From assembly GCA_949282305.1 (NCBI GenBank), contig CASDPB010000036.1, positions 66,425-130,424 of the forward strand: a stretch of DNA of 64,000 bases, given 5' to 3'. Below the pieces are notes generated by a model, which saw only the letters and a list, made by a program, of their open reading frames with translations, made no database searches and was not told the DNA's origin. Below are positions 54,443 to 62,955 of this stretch, one piece after another. Each line of letters begins with the position of its first letter. Position 1 is the first letter of the stretch. The position numbers and the translations under genes are program-made. This DNA comes from an uncultured Lentisphaeria bacterium. GTDB lineage: Bacteria; Verrucomicrobiota; Lentisphaeria; Victivallales; UBA1829.

Positions 54443-56964
54443 AGCTGATTGCAGCCTGTTCTCTTGCGGCGGCTTCCGCGGTTCTCGCGGCGGCTGAATT
54501 TCTCGGGCCGGACCGGTTCTGGCGTCCGAGGGAAAATATGATGTTTTACCTCAACGATGAAACCGGAGGCGGTTTCGAGCTGAAGATTGATCTCCGCGAT
54601 ATGAACGTTTACTGCGAGGGGGCGCGTGACGCATACGTGTTTGTGATCGCGCCGGACGGCAGGATTCTTGCGCGGCGTCTTCTGCCGGATGACGGAATCA
54701 CGAAAAATGATCCCAGGTATAAGGACGGCTGTGCGGACATCGGTCTGGACTTCCGTTACCGCGCATATCATCGGCTGAATTCGGAAAACGGCACTCCGCC
54801 GGGCAAGGAGCGTTCCCCGTATCTGTCGGAGCCGCGGAAACTCGGAGCGCGCACGTTCTCCCTGAAGATTCCCGACGCGGGGAAGGGCATTTACCGGCTT
54901 GCCGTCGCGGGATGCTGGGATCACTGGTTTTCCGTGACTCCATCGCGCAGAATGCCCGCCGCGCTTCATCCGGGGCAGGGCGGCGTTTATCTGCACCGTA
55001 ATCAGCTGCGGGATGGGTATCTTTATATCCCCGCGGGAACGAAGGATGCGGGGATCGCGCTGACCGGGGAAATCCCGCCGTTCAACTGGCGTGTTTCCGC
55101 GGAGATTGACGGAAAGAGACTTGCCGAAGTTCAGATGAAGCGGTTTTATCATTACTGCGTGCTGAAAAATCTGCCGCCCGGAAAGGTGCTCCGCCTGAAG
55201 ACCTCCGGCGATACCGCAGGGGCGATGCTCCACGTGAAAGGAATCCCTTTCATTGTCTGCGAGGATGCGGCGACGGCGCTGAAAATAGCGGGCGGCGTTC
55301 GGGAACCCGCATTGAAGACTGTGGAGCGGTACGGCTCCGGGGACGACTGGTTGAAACATGTGCGGATGTTCGGCAGCGCGTTCGGATTCAGGGACTATGA
55401 CGGTTCGGGGCTGACGATCAGGGAAAAAGAGAATCCCGCTCTCTGGCGTTCCTCCTGGTGGGACTTCAGAGACGGGAACGGAGTTGTGCCTCCGAAAGAG
55501 GTGCCGGCGGACGTGAAGCGGGCGTTGACCGATCTGTATGAGAAGTGGGCGCTCAACCGTTATGTGATGGAGCTCGGCACATGCACGAATCAATGGGGGA
55601 AGATTCTGGAAAACATGGCGGCGATGTATGAATTCACAAAGAGTCCGGTGATTCTGGAGGCTTTGCGGTACAATGTGAAACGGATGTGCACGAAGAACTC
55701 GCTCGGGCGTGTGAATCCCGATCCCGATTCCTTCAAATCCGGGTATGAGCCGGATTCCGGACGGATTGACAACGGGATCATGGCGGAGTGTCTGGGGCAT
55801 GACAACGAATACAATCTTGAGACGGACGCCCACATGAGCCGGGTTTACCGGACTACGAAACAGCGGGAGATTGTCGATTACCAGACTGCGTATTACCGCC
55901 TGAAAACACATCTGACCCTCTCGCGGACAGGCGGGATTCCTGCGAATCTTTTCAACGGAACATGCAGTCCGACGGACGCCAATTTCCGCACCCGGTTCTA
56001 CACCCACAAGGCGGGAGCGCTTCTTGACCTGATCCCTTACGGCGATCTCTGGAACGATGAAAGCGGTTTGAAAAAATCGCAGTGGCCCTGTCTCGAAAAG
56101 GAGCCGTTCAGCCGCGATCTGGAAGGACGTTACCGCGCCGTGAACACCGGGACTTATTACGCGCTGTTCTACACGGGTCCCTCCTATCCCCGCTGGCAGG
56201 CATGGGGCGCGCCGGAATTCGACGGGAACGGCATGGAGTATACCGGATTCAACGGCATGGGATACGGCGGCTGGCAGGCTTCCCCGAACAAGTCCGGCGG
56301 CTTGTGCGCCGTCTGGATTCCCGGATGCGGGCCGCTGCTCCTTGCGAACAATCACAATGTGATGTACGGGAATACGCTCTGGGGCGAGAACCTGTCTCCG
56401 GCGGCGGAGAATTCCGCACCGAATGTGAATTCCGCCGTGACTGCGGATGCCTATTGCGATGCGGTTGCCGGGTTTGACCCAGTGAAGAATGTATTCGTCC
56501 GCAAGGGGGTGATTCCCGATACGCCGCTGCGTTTCGAGCGCCGGATCACGGTCGGAAAGACGGAACTGAAAGTGGATGTCGCGCTCTTTGCGGAAAAGGA
56601 TTTCCGCATGAAGTGTCTTTATGAGGCGGTTCCGTTTTTTGCCGATCAGCGGGAGCTGACTGTTGACGGCAGGAGGATGCCGCTTCCCGCGGCGCGTGTG
56701 ACTCCGACGATGACGTATGACAGACGGACAGAAGGGTTTGCCGGGGATACGATGAGTTTCCGGGCTTCCGGAATCGTTCTGACAGCACCTTCCGGCAGGG
56801 GTGCGGAAATTGTTTTCGACAGGGAATATGAGTTCATCACTTCCACGCCGCTCCGCTACCGGAGCATTGCCGCCGCCATGAGCAGTTTCAATCTCAGGCT
56901 GCCGTCCGTCTGGAAAAAGGGGATGGATTACCGGCTGAGTTATACTCTGAAAATCCTTCCCTGA
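54436..56964 (+). CDS. secreted 842-aa protein of unknown function (paralog of 49867..52395)
   Basis: ATG 54436 overlaps the upstream stop by 7 nt and gives the signal peptide [20 protein letters not shown]. The track ORF starts 144 nt earlier, inside the upstream gene. Confidence 0.85.
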   Translation: MLKLIAACSLAAASAVLAAAEFLGPDRFWRPRENMMFYLNDETGGGFELKIDLRDMNVYCEGARDAYVFVIAPDGRILARRLLPDDGITKNDPRYKDGCADIGLDFRYRAYHRLNSENGTPPGKERSPYLSEPRKLGARTFSLKIPDAGKGIYRLAVAGCWDHWFSVTPSRRMPAALHPGQGGVYLHRNQLRDGYLYIPAGTKDAGIALTGEIPPFNWRVSAEIDGKRLAEVQMKRFYHYCVLKNLPPGKVLRLKTSGDTAGAMLHVKGIPFIVCEDAATALKIAGGVREPALKTVERYGSGDDWLKHVRMFGSAFGFRDYDGSGLTIREKENPALWRSSWWDFRDGNGVVPPKEVPADVKRALTDLYEKWALNRYVMELGTCTNQWGKILENMAAMYEFTKSPVILEALRYNVKRMCTKNSLGRVNPDPDSFKSGYEPDSGRIDNGIMAECLGHDNEYNLETDAHMSRVYRTTKQREIVDYQTAYYRLKTHLTLSRTGGIPANLFNGTCSPTDANFRTRFYTHKAGALLDLIPYGDLWNDESGLKKSQWPCLEKEPFSRDLEGRYRAVNTGTYYALFYTGPSYPRWQAWGAPEFDGNGMEYTGFNGMGYGGWQASPNKSGGLCAVWIPGCGPLLLANNHNVMYGNTLWGENLSPAAENSAPNVNSAVTADAYCDAVAGFDPVKNVFVRKGVIPDTPLRFERRITVGKTELKVDVALFAEKDFRMKCLYEAVPFFADQRELTVDGRRMPLPAARVTPTMTYDRRTEGFAGDTMSFRASGIVLTAPSGRGAEIVFDREYEFITSTPLRYRSIAAAMSSFNLRLPSVWKKGMDYRLSYTLKILP

Positions 56965-57003
56965 AGCATGGGAATCCGGCTTGCGTCTCCGCCGGACAGA
57001 TCG

Positions 57004-57049
57004 AAAAAAGCCCTGCGGATCCGATGACCCGCAGGGCTGAACTTTTTAT
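57004..57049. terminator. bidirectional rho-independent terminator between convergent genes
   Basis: AAAAAAGCCCTGCGG-(10 nt)-CCGCAGGGCTgaacTTTTTATT: a 10-bp stem (57009-57018 / 57029-57038) with T-runs on both strands. Confidence 0.7.
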
Positions 57050-58323
57050 TCCCACTCGATTGTTCCCGGGGGCTTGGATGTGATGTCGTAGACAACGCGG
57101 TTGACGCCTTCGACTTCGCGGATGATCCGTTCCGTCATGGTGTCGAGGAGTTCCCACGGCAGACGCACGACCTGTGCCGTAACCGCGTCCACGCTGTTGA
57201 TGGAGCGGATCGCGATCACATAGTCGTAGGTGCGCTTGTGGTTTTTCATGCCGACCGTCTTGACCGGAACGAAAATGGCGAATGTCTGCCATGTTTTATG
57301 GTACCAGCCGGACTTCATCAGCTCCTCGGTGACGATGGCATCGGCTTCGCGCAGGATTTTCAAGGTGCTGCGGTCGATGGCGCCGAGGTGACGCACTCCG
57401 AGAGAGGGACCGGGGAAGGGATGTCTGTCGATGAGCTCGGAGGGAAGTCCGAGAAGACGCCCGACCACGCGGACTTCATCTTTGAACAGACGTTCGACCG
57501 GTTCCACGAGTTTGAACTTCATATCTTTGGGAAGCCCGCCGACGTTGTGATGGCTCTTGATGACTCCGGCGGGATTGCCGTCCAGCGGAATGCTCTCAAG
57601 AATGTCCGGATAGATCGTGCCCTGTCCGAGGAACGGGGCGTCAATTTTTGCGGCGGCCTCGGCGAAGACTTCGATAAATTCCTTGCCGATGATCTTGCGT
57701 TTCTGTTCGGGATCGCTCACCCCCTGCAGTTTGTCGAGGAAGCGGTCGGAGGCGTCAATGTAGCAGAGATTCATGTCGAAGTTGCGCGCGAAAACCTCCT
57801 GCACCATCTCCGGCTCGTTCTTGCGGAGCAGTCCGTGGTTGACGAAAACACAGGTGAGCTGTTTCCCGATTGCCTTGTGGATCAGGGCGGCGACGACGGA
57901 GGAATCCACCCCGCCGGAGAGCCCGAGCACAACTTTCTGATCCCCGACCTGTTCGCGAATGTCCCTGACGGCTTCTTCGATGAAATGTTCCATGGTCCAG
58001 GAACCTTTGCATCCGCACTGGTTGTGGCAGAATTCGACGGCGCGTTCAATCTTTTCCGTCAGATCGGCTCCCTTGCTGTTCATGATTTTCATGACAGGCA
58101 GTCCGAGTGCCGTGAATTTTTCGAGTTCCTGCCGATGCTCGGGAGCTCCGGCATCCGTACAGAGAATGAGTCCGACTGGCTTTTCCTGCATCAGGCGTTC
58201 GACGCTGACCGTGTAGGGCATGACCATCGTATAGATGTGTTTGTCGCGAATCGCCCGTGCGATCTTCTGGATGTCTTCGCAGACAAAGTTCAGAAGAACA
58301 ATAGTTTCCGGTGTTTGCTTCAT
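57046..58323 (-). CDS. guaA: GMP synthase, ATP-pyrophosphatase plus dimerisation domains, with a vestigial N-terminal GATase remnant
   Basis: 425 aa. VVLGLSGGVDSSVVAALIHKAIGKQLTCVFVNHGLLR (PP-loop), ..IKSHHNVGGLP.. and C-terminal KPPGTIEWE are collinear with E. coli GuaA residues about 200-525. Only about 80 aa of GATase-like sequence remain, without the catalytic Cys/His/Glu (see finding). Confidence 0.9.
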   Translation of the reverse strand: MKQTPETIVLLNFVCEDIQKIARAIRDKHIYTMVMPYTVSVERLMQEKPVGLILCTDAGAPEHRQELEKFTALGLPVMKIMNSKGADLTEKIERAVEFCHNQCGCKGSWTMEHFIEEAVRDIREQVGDQKVVLGLSGGVDSSVVAALIHKAIGKQLTCVFVNHGLLRKNEPEMVQEVFARNFDMNLCYIDASDRFLDKLQGVSDPEQKRKIIGKEFIEVFAEAAAKIDAPFLGQGTIYPDILESIPLDGNPAGVIKSHHNVGGLPKDMKFKLVEPVERLFKDEVRVVGRLLGLPSELIDRHPFPGPSLGVRHLGAIDRSTLKILREADAIVTEELMKSGWYHKTWQTFAIFVPVKTVGMKNHKRTYDYVIAIRSINSVDAVTAQVVRLPWELLDTMTERIIREVEGVNRVVYDITSKPPGTIEWE

Positions 58324-58589
58324 AAAAAATAATCCCGTAATAATTAATTGACAATCTCTGGAAGATACACCGCTTTTGCCGTGAAGTCAAGAGCGGTGTT
58401 GAAGATTTCCTGATTCCTTCGTCTCTGTGCGGCGCCCCTGAACTGGTTTTGCGCGGGGGAGGGATCATATGGATGCGGACTGTGTTCATGCTCCGACACT
58501 TTCCGAACCGTTTTCCGTTATGCGATTTCCGCCTCAAAAATCTTTCCCCCTCCCGCATCCGCTTCTCCATGCAGCTGACTGGCGCTTGC

Positions 58590-59060
58590 TCATAAAGAGA
58601 AGTTTTCGGAAAGGTATTCCCTCAACAATTTCAGGCGAGTCTGCAGCGCAATTCCATTTTCCTTTGAAAAATCAGCTTCTACCGGTGGCAGGTCGGGACG
58701 ATAAGTTTGGGCTGTCGCTGCCTCTGCCCAGACAGTCATTACTTCTATATACCTTGATAAAGCGTCAGCGGGAGTTGCAGCTGCTTCTGTCACCAGATAC
58801 AGCGGTGGCAGATCTCCGGCAACGACCCATAAATATTCCTCAATATTTTCATCTGATGGAATGATTTTAAACAGAAAAACGCCCAGAATATATCCTTCAT
58901 CAATCCCCAGAAACGATTCAAGTATTTTGAGGCACCATTTCTGATTTTCCATATATTCTCTGGCACTCTGATAGGTCTCAGAAATTTCATATAATGATTT
59001 CTCATCTAAATCTTCAATTGAGATAATTGACGAAAAATCAATGTCATCTTTATTGTTCAT
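58590..59060 (-). CDS. hypothetical acidic protein (possibly DUF4826-like)
   Basis: 156 aa, AT-rich, RBS GAGGGGAAATA-ATG. It contains ..EEYLWVVAGDLPPLYLVTE.. The family recollection is uncertain. Confidence 0.65.
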   Translation of the reverse strand: MNNKDDIDFSSIISIEDLDEKSLYEISETYQSAREYMENQKWCLKILESFLGIDEGYILGVFLFKIIPSDENIEEYLWVVAGDLPPLYLVTEAAATPADALSRYIEVMTVWAEAATAQTYRPDLPPVEADFSKENGIALQTRLKLLREYLSENFSL

Positions 59061-59316
59061 TATTTCCCCTCATTATCCTTCCTCGCTTGACAAAAGATCA
59101 AGTCGGTCGGCATTCATGAACATATTCTTTTTTAATTTGAAAAGGTTTGATTTCCCATTATTTATAGGGAAACCGTTATCAATTTCACTATCATGAAAAG
59201 CCTTGAGATATGCAGTTTGGCATAGAGCCACTGCTTCTGCATTGGACAGGCAGCCACAAAAAACAAGGAAATCTTGTTTTTCCCGATTATTTGCAATATC
59301 ATGTCAAACCTTTTCT

Positions 59317-60018
59317 TTACTCAGTGCTATCACTATTCTGCAGACGTTTTAGCGCGTCTTTTAGATCCAAACGGGCTGCGTGAGACTTTATCTTCTTAAG
59401 ACCGCCTTTAAACGCTGTCTTTACAAAGGATGCTTCAGTCTGGGTAATGGGCAATATATTTCCTATGCTGTTTGCAATGAAACATACAACCCTGTAATCT
59501 GCTGAATTTAGCATTGCTGACAGCAATGTTAAAAATCCTCTTTCTCCCAAGAGGATTAACGCAATATATATCCCCGCCTTTGTCTGTTCATTTTTTGTTG
59601 TTTGTAACTTCGATTTGAAGATAGGAATATATTCTGAATAATTGTTTTGTGCAATAGCGATTGCTAGATTTCTTCTGACAATACTGTTTCTTGATTTATT
59701 ATACTCCAATAGCAACTCTTTGGTTTGTTCGCGGGATAAAACGCAATCATAGAGCTCTTCGCTGGCAGTGAGCCTGACGATCTCTTCTTTATCTTTCAAT
59801 GCAGCAAACAAATATTTTATTTGTTCTTCCGGAGCATATCGGGATAAACATTCCAGAAAAGCAACGCGCACAAAAGGACTTCCGGAGGAAAATAACGGTT
59901 TTATTTTTTTTAGAGGAAGAAAAATTTTCTCTGCAGCAATATTATACAGCAAAACTTCTGCTGCTGTATCTTCTTGTTGCCTTCTCATTGTTTTTATATT
60001 TTCATCATTATGCGGCAT
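59317..60018 (-). CDS. HEAT/ARM-like repeat protein
   Basis: 233 aa with repeated units of about 30 aa, such as SPFVRVAFLECLSRY, EEIVRLTASEELYDC, NSIVRRNLAIAIAQN and DYRVVCFIANSIGNI (PBS-lyase HEAT-like). RBS AGGAAG. Confidence 0.7.
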   Translation of the reverse strand: MPHNDENIKTMRRQQEDTAAEVLLYNIAAEKIFLPLKKIKPLFSSGSPFVRVAFLECLSRYAPEEQIKYLFAALKDKEEIVRLTASEELYDCVLSREQTKELLLEYNKSRNSIVRRNLAIAIAQNNYSEYIPIFKSKLQTTKNEQTKAGIYIALILLGERGFLTLLSAMLNSADYRVVCFIANSIGNILPITQTEASFVKTAFKGGLKKIKSHAARLDLKDALKRLQNSDSTE

Positions 60019-60085
60019 GAGTTTCTTCCTGAAATATGAAGTATGACTGAAATAATTGCAGAATATTGCGCCTTTTCCGCAACTC

Positions 60086-60492
60086 GGACAACTTTTTATT
60101 GAAGGACCAGTGAAAAGCCTTTGAATTACTATATTACATTGTTTGCTGATTGCAAGTCCCGAAATAAATTTCTTCTGACCTCTGATACTGCAGAACCGAA
60201 TGAATCCGCCTGGTATTGCAAAAGCTCACATAAGGCTGAACACCGAATCCTTGCTGATGTGGACGTGGATAAAACGTCCGAAAATTCAATGATTCTGCAA
60301 TTGGCACATCCGTTTGTGAATTTCCCTGCAATCACGGCGTTTCAGTTCCGCAGTCAAATCCATAAAGCGGCGTATCCATCTCAGGAACATACTTCGTAAA
60401 AAAGTCATTCCAGATTTCGGGACGACCAATCTTTCCCCTTCAGCTTATTCAAAGTCAATTGAACGGGCATTTTACACCAAGTCAAGTTGTCC
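60086..60492 (-). mobile_element. MITE-like non-autonomous IS3-family derivative, copy C (both terminal inverted repeats present)
   Basis: The ends are GGACAACTT (60086-60094) and AAGTTGTCC (60484-60492). The left IR (reverse complement of 60463-60492) matches copy A at 6844-6873. The interior encodes only an OrfB tail, ..FCNTRRIHSVLQYQRSEEIYF. The element is 407 bp in total. Confidence 0.6.
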
Positions 60493-60527
60493 GGTTTTCG
60501 GCGGTAGCCGAATCATACTCTCAGCAT

Positions 60528-61043
60528 TCATTCCCATACCTTGTCGACATCGTAAAAATAAGGCGAATACAAAGATGGTTTTCCTTCTTCTAATGCACGT
60601 AATGCAAGAGAAAAATCATGGTATGCTTCCGTTCCTGGACTGCAGGAAGTATCACGACATTCTTTTACTGTTGGAATATACTTTGGATCATTATAAAAAA
60701 CAATGCCAAATAATGCTTGAGAAGCAACCTCTTTGTTCTTGTCATACAAGAAATGGAGAGCTGCTTTTATTGTATTGGGATTTTTCTTACCAAAAACATA
60801 TACTCCATTCAAAAAACAAATCTTGCTTAAGCGATCCGTCAAAAGATTATTTGTAAGGATTTCATTGACTACATTCCAAAAATCAGTTCGTCTAATGAGA
60901 ACTCCTATGGCAGTGCCTGCAATTTTAGCAGAATGTGAATTCAGATAATCTATTAGTTCAATCGAATCCTTTTGTTCCAAATATTCTTGAATTTTCTCAT
61001 AAGACTGCTTTATCAGCCATTTTCTTACTGATACATCAAGCAT
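60528..61043 (-). CDS. hypothetical alpha-helical (HEAT/ARM-like?) protein
   Basis: ATG 61043 is preceded by AAGGAG and gives MLDVSVRKWLIKQSYEKIQEYLEQKDSIELIDYLNSHSAKIAGTAIGVLIRR... The track ORF's extra 67 N-terminal codons are Cys/Phe-rich junk. Confidence 0.6.
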   Translation of the reverse strand: MLDVSVRKWLIKQSYEKIQEYLEQKDSIELIDYLNSHSAKIAGTAIGVLIRRTDFWNVVNEILTNNLLTDRLSKICFLNGVYVFGKKNPNTIKAALHFLYDKNKEVASQALFGIVFYNDPKYIPTVKECRDTSCSPGTEAYHDFSLALRALEEGKPSLYSPYFYDVDKVWE

Positions 61044-61239
61044 GACATATCTCCTTGATTGATAACATCCGGAAAATTGCGCACATTTTGAAAAAGGGAA
61101 CTCGAAACATGACCTGTTTTCTGAATTGATTGCAATGACCAGACCGCAATCAAAAGAAAACAACCCGTGGAAAATGTAGTGCAAGAAGATGAAAAAGCAA
61201 TTCACGGAACAATTAAAATAGATGAAAAAGAATTTCGGA

Positions 61240-61572
61240 CACATTTCGTCAGTCGAGGATACGCTGAATGCGGAAGCTGACGCGATCTGTCTGGTTTCGA
61301 GTTATGCACAGTCCGGATCGGCAGGATATGCAGGGGATTGATAAACGCAAGTTTCAGACGAAAGCGGACAAAGTGGAGGTTCGCTTTCCATGTTTGTGAA
61401 CGTTGCCATTTGAAACGCGGTTCATTGAGCGTTATAAGACGAAGCAAAGCAGCGTCGAGGAAAACCTGATTGAGATGTTGTATCCGGCGGGCGTGTCTGT
61501 CCGGAGCGAGGCGAATATTGCCGAGGCATTGCGGGTGCGAAAGTCCGTTTCAGCATGCTGCGTGAATTAAAA
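61240..61572 (+). pseudogene. IS256-family (Mutator-like) transposase fragment, frameshifted
   Basis: Three consecutive frames read ..VEDTLNAEADAICLVSSYAQSGSAGYAGD* / GIDKRKFQTKADKVEVRFPCL* / TLPFETRFIERYKTKQSSVEENLIEMLYPAGVSVRSEANIAEALRVRKSVS.. This is collinear with the IS256 pattern ..EAE.dE.lGa.RYERs..R.gyRNGy..R.l.T..G.lel.vPr.R...F...l.eRYqR.E.al..al.EMY..GVSTR.v..i.e.L. The DDE core is absent, and the patch is less AT-rich than its surroundings. Confidence 0.65.
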
Positions 61573-61600
61573 TAAACGATTTGCGGAAAAATTTTCTGCT

Positions 61601-61939
61601 TTAGATGCTGTCAATTTCAATTTTTATTTCAAATTCTGTTGCAAAAATCTCAAAAATTAGTGGAATATTTGTGATAACCTTCAGCTTTTTCTCTTTTTCT
61701 ATCCATTGTATATAATTAAAATCATAATATTGAATTCTTTCCGTGTCAATAATCTTTACATCTATAACATGTTCAACCGTTATCTTGCCTTCTATTGCGG
61801 TCAGTGAAGCATCTGCGTAATAACATAACTGCATCTGACGGGTATTATGATTAACAGAAACTGCTTCTATATCGAAAAATCTATCATGGATCAGACCTGT
61901 GATCGAAGCTCGATCAAAACATTTGAATTCTTTTATCAT
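61601..61939 (-). CDS. hypothetical small beta-rich protein
   Basis: 112 aa; ATG 61939 with AAGGA upstream. It begins MIKEFKCFDRASITGLIHDRFFDIEAVSVNHNTRQMQLCYYAD... No signal peptide. Confidence 0.55.
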   Translation of the reverse strand: MIKEFKCFDRASITGLIHDRFFDIEAVSVNHNTRQMQLCYYADASLTAIEGKITVEHVIDVKIIDTERIQYYDFNYIQWIEKEKKLKVITNIPLIFEIFATEFEIKIEIDSI

Positions 61940-61998
61940 GGCAGAGACATCCTTATAATGCAGTCGGCAATGGAGAATTTCAAGGATTGACCGCAGTA

Positions 61999-62523
61999 TT
62001 ATTCAAGACGGATTTTTTCTATATGCTCTAACATTTTTAATGCCAATGGTTCTTTCGGATTAATTTTTATTTTTTTAAAAACCAAGGATAGATAAAAAAT
62101 CCTATTGCTGGAATCAGATAAACACTTCATTATTATAGATTGCGCCCGCCTTGGAGAAGTCAAGGTTCCTATTTCTGCGCATAAGAAAATCGAATTGTCA
62201 AGAATAAGATCTTGTGTAAAAGCAGAATGTTCCGGTTCCAGGCAGAAATAAGATATTTCAGAAAAATTCAGAGCAAAATCAACATCAACAAATTCATTTC
62301 TATTATTTATATAATTAGGACAATTCAGATCAAGAATCAATTCCCCTTGAGATATATCCATTGAGATTTTGCTTAATCTTCCGTCATGGAAATAATCGTA
62401 AGAGAACATTTTATAAAAGTCCTCATCTATATATTTTTTGTTTTTTGATAAAAAATCCTGATATATTCTATCGCAGGTTTTATATCCTCTTGAAGGAAAT
62501 ATTTTCTTCCTAAGTTTGAACAT
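61999..62523 (-). CDS. hypothetical protein
   Basis: 174 aa with RBS AAAGGAG. It contains ..YFHDGRLSKISMDISQGELILDLNCPNY..VDFALNFSEISYFCLE.. No signal peptide. Confidence 0.6.
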   Translation of the reverse strand: MFKLRKKIFPSRGYKTCDRIYQDFLSKNKKYIDEDFYKMFSYDYFHDGRLSKISMDISQGELILDLNCPNYINNRNEFVDVDFALNFSEISYFCLEPEHSAFTQDLILDNSIFLCAEIGTLTSPRRAQSIIMKCLSDSSNRIFYLSLVFKKIKINPKEPLALKMLEHIEKIRLE

Positions 62524-62955
62524 TTTATTCTCCTTTGCAAATAATTTTTGATTTTATTAAGTGAATCCACCGGATTTTGAACGTAAAAATGCTTTAAGAA
62601 TAAGAACTTATATAGAAAAAATAAAAAGTGAATGTTTATGAAAACTGTGCAATGCCCCCCTTGATTCGATATTATGTTGTTCCATATAGTCATAATCAGA
62701 TTTCAACTTTACTTCGGCTGCGGAATTCTCCGATTTTATCAGACGGTGTTCACTGCTCCATGTATAAGTTCAGGCTTCGTCCATCAGCATATTACCGTTC
62801 GCTTCATAAGATGCAAGGCGTCAAGGCAGATACAACTGACGAACTTGCGTATGATTTTTCAAATAACACAGGAGACGGTTCTCTCCATTCGCACTTATCG
62901 TTATTCATTGATATAAAATACATCCTTACAGTGTATCTTACAATGATGCAAACAC

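Noticed and set aside
54415-56355. 646-aa minus-strand ORF.
   Set aside because: It is antisense to the 842-aa secreted protein gene, which has a signal peptide, operon overlaps and a paralog. The antisense translation is Arg/Pro-rich with no RBS.
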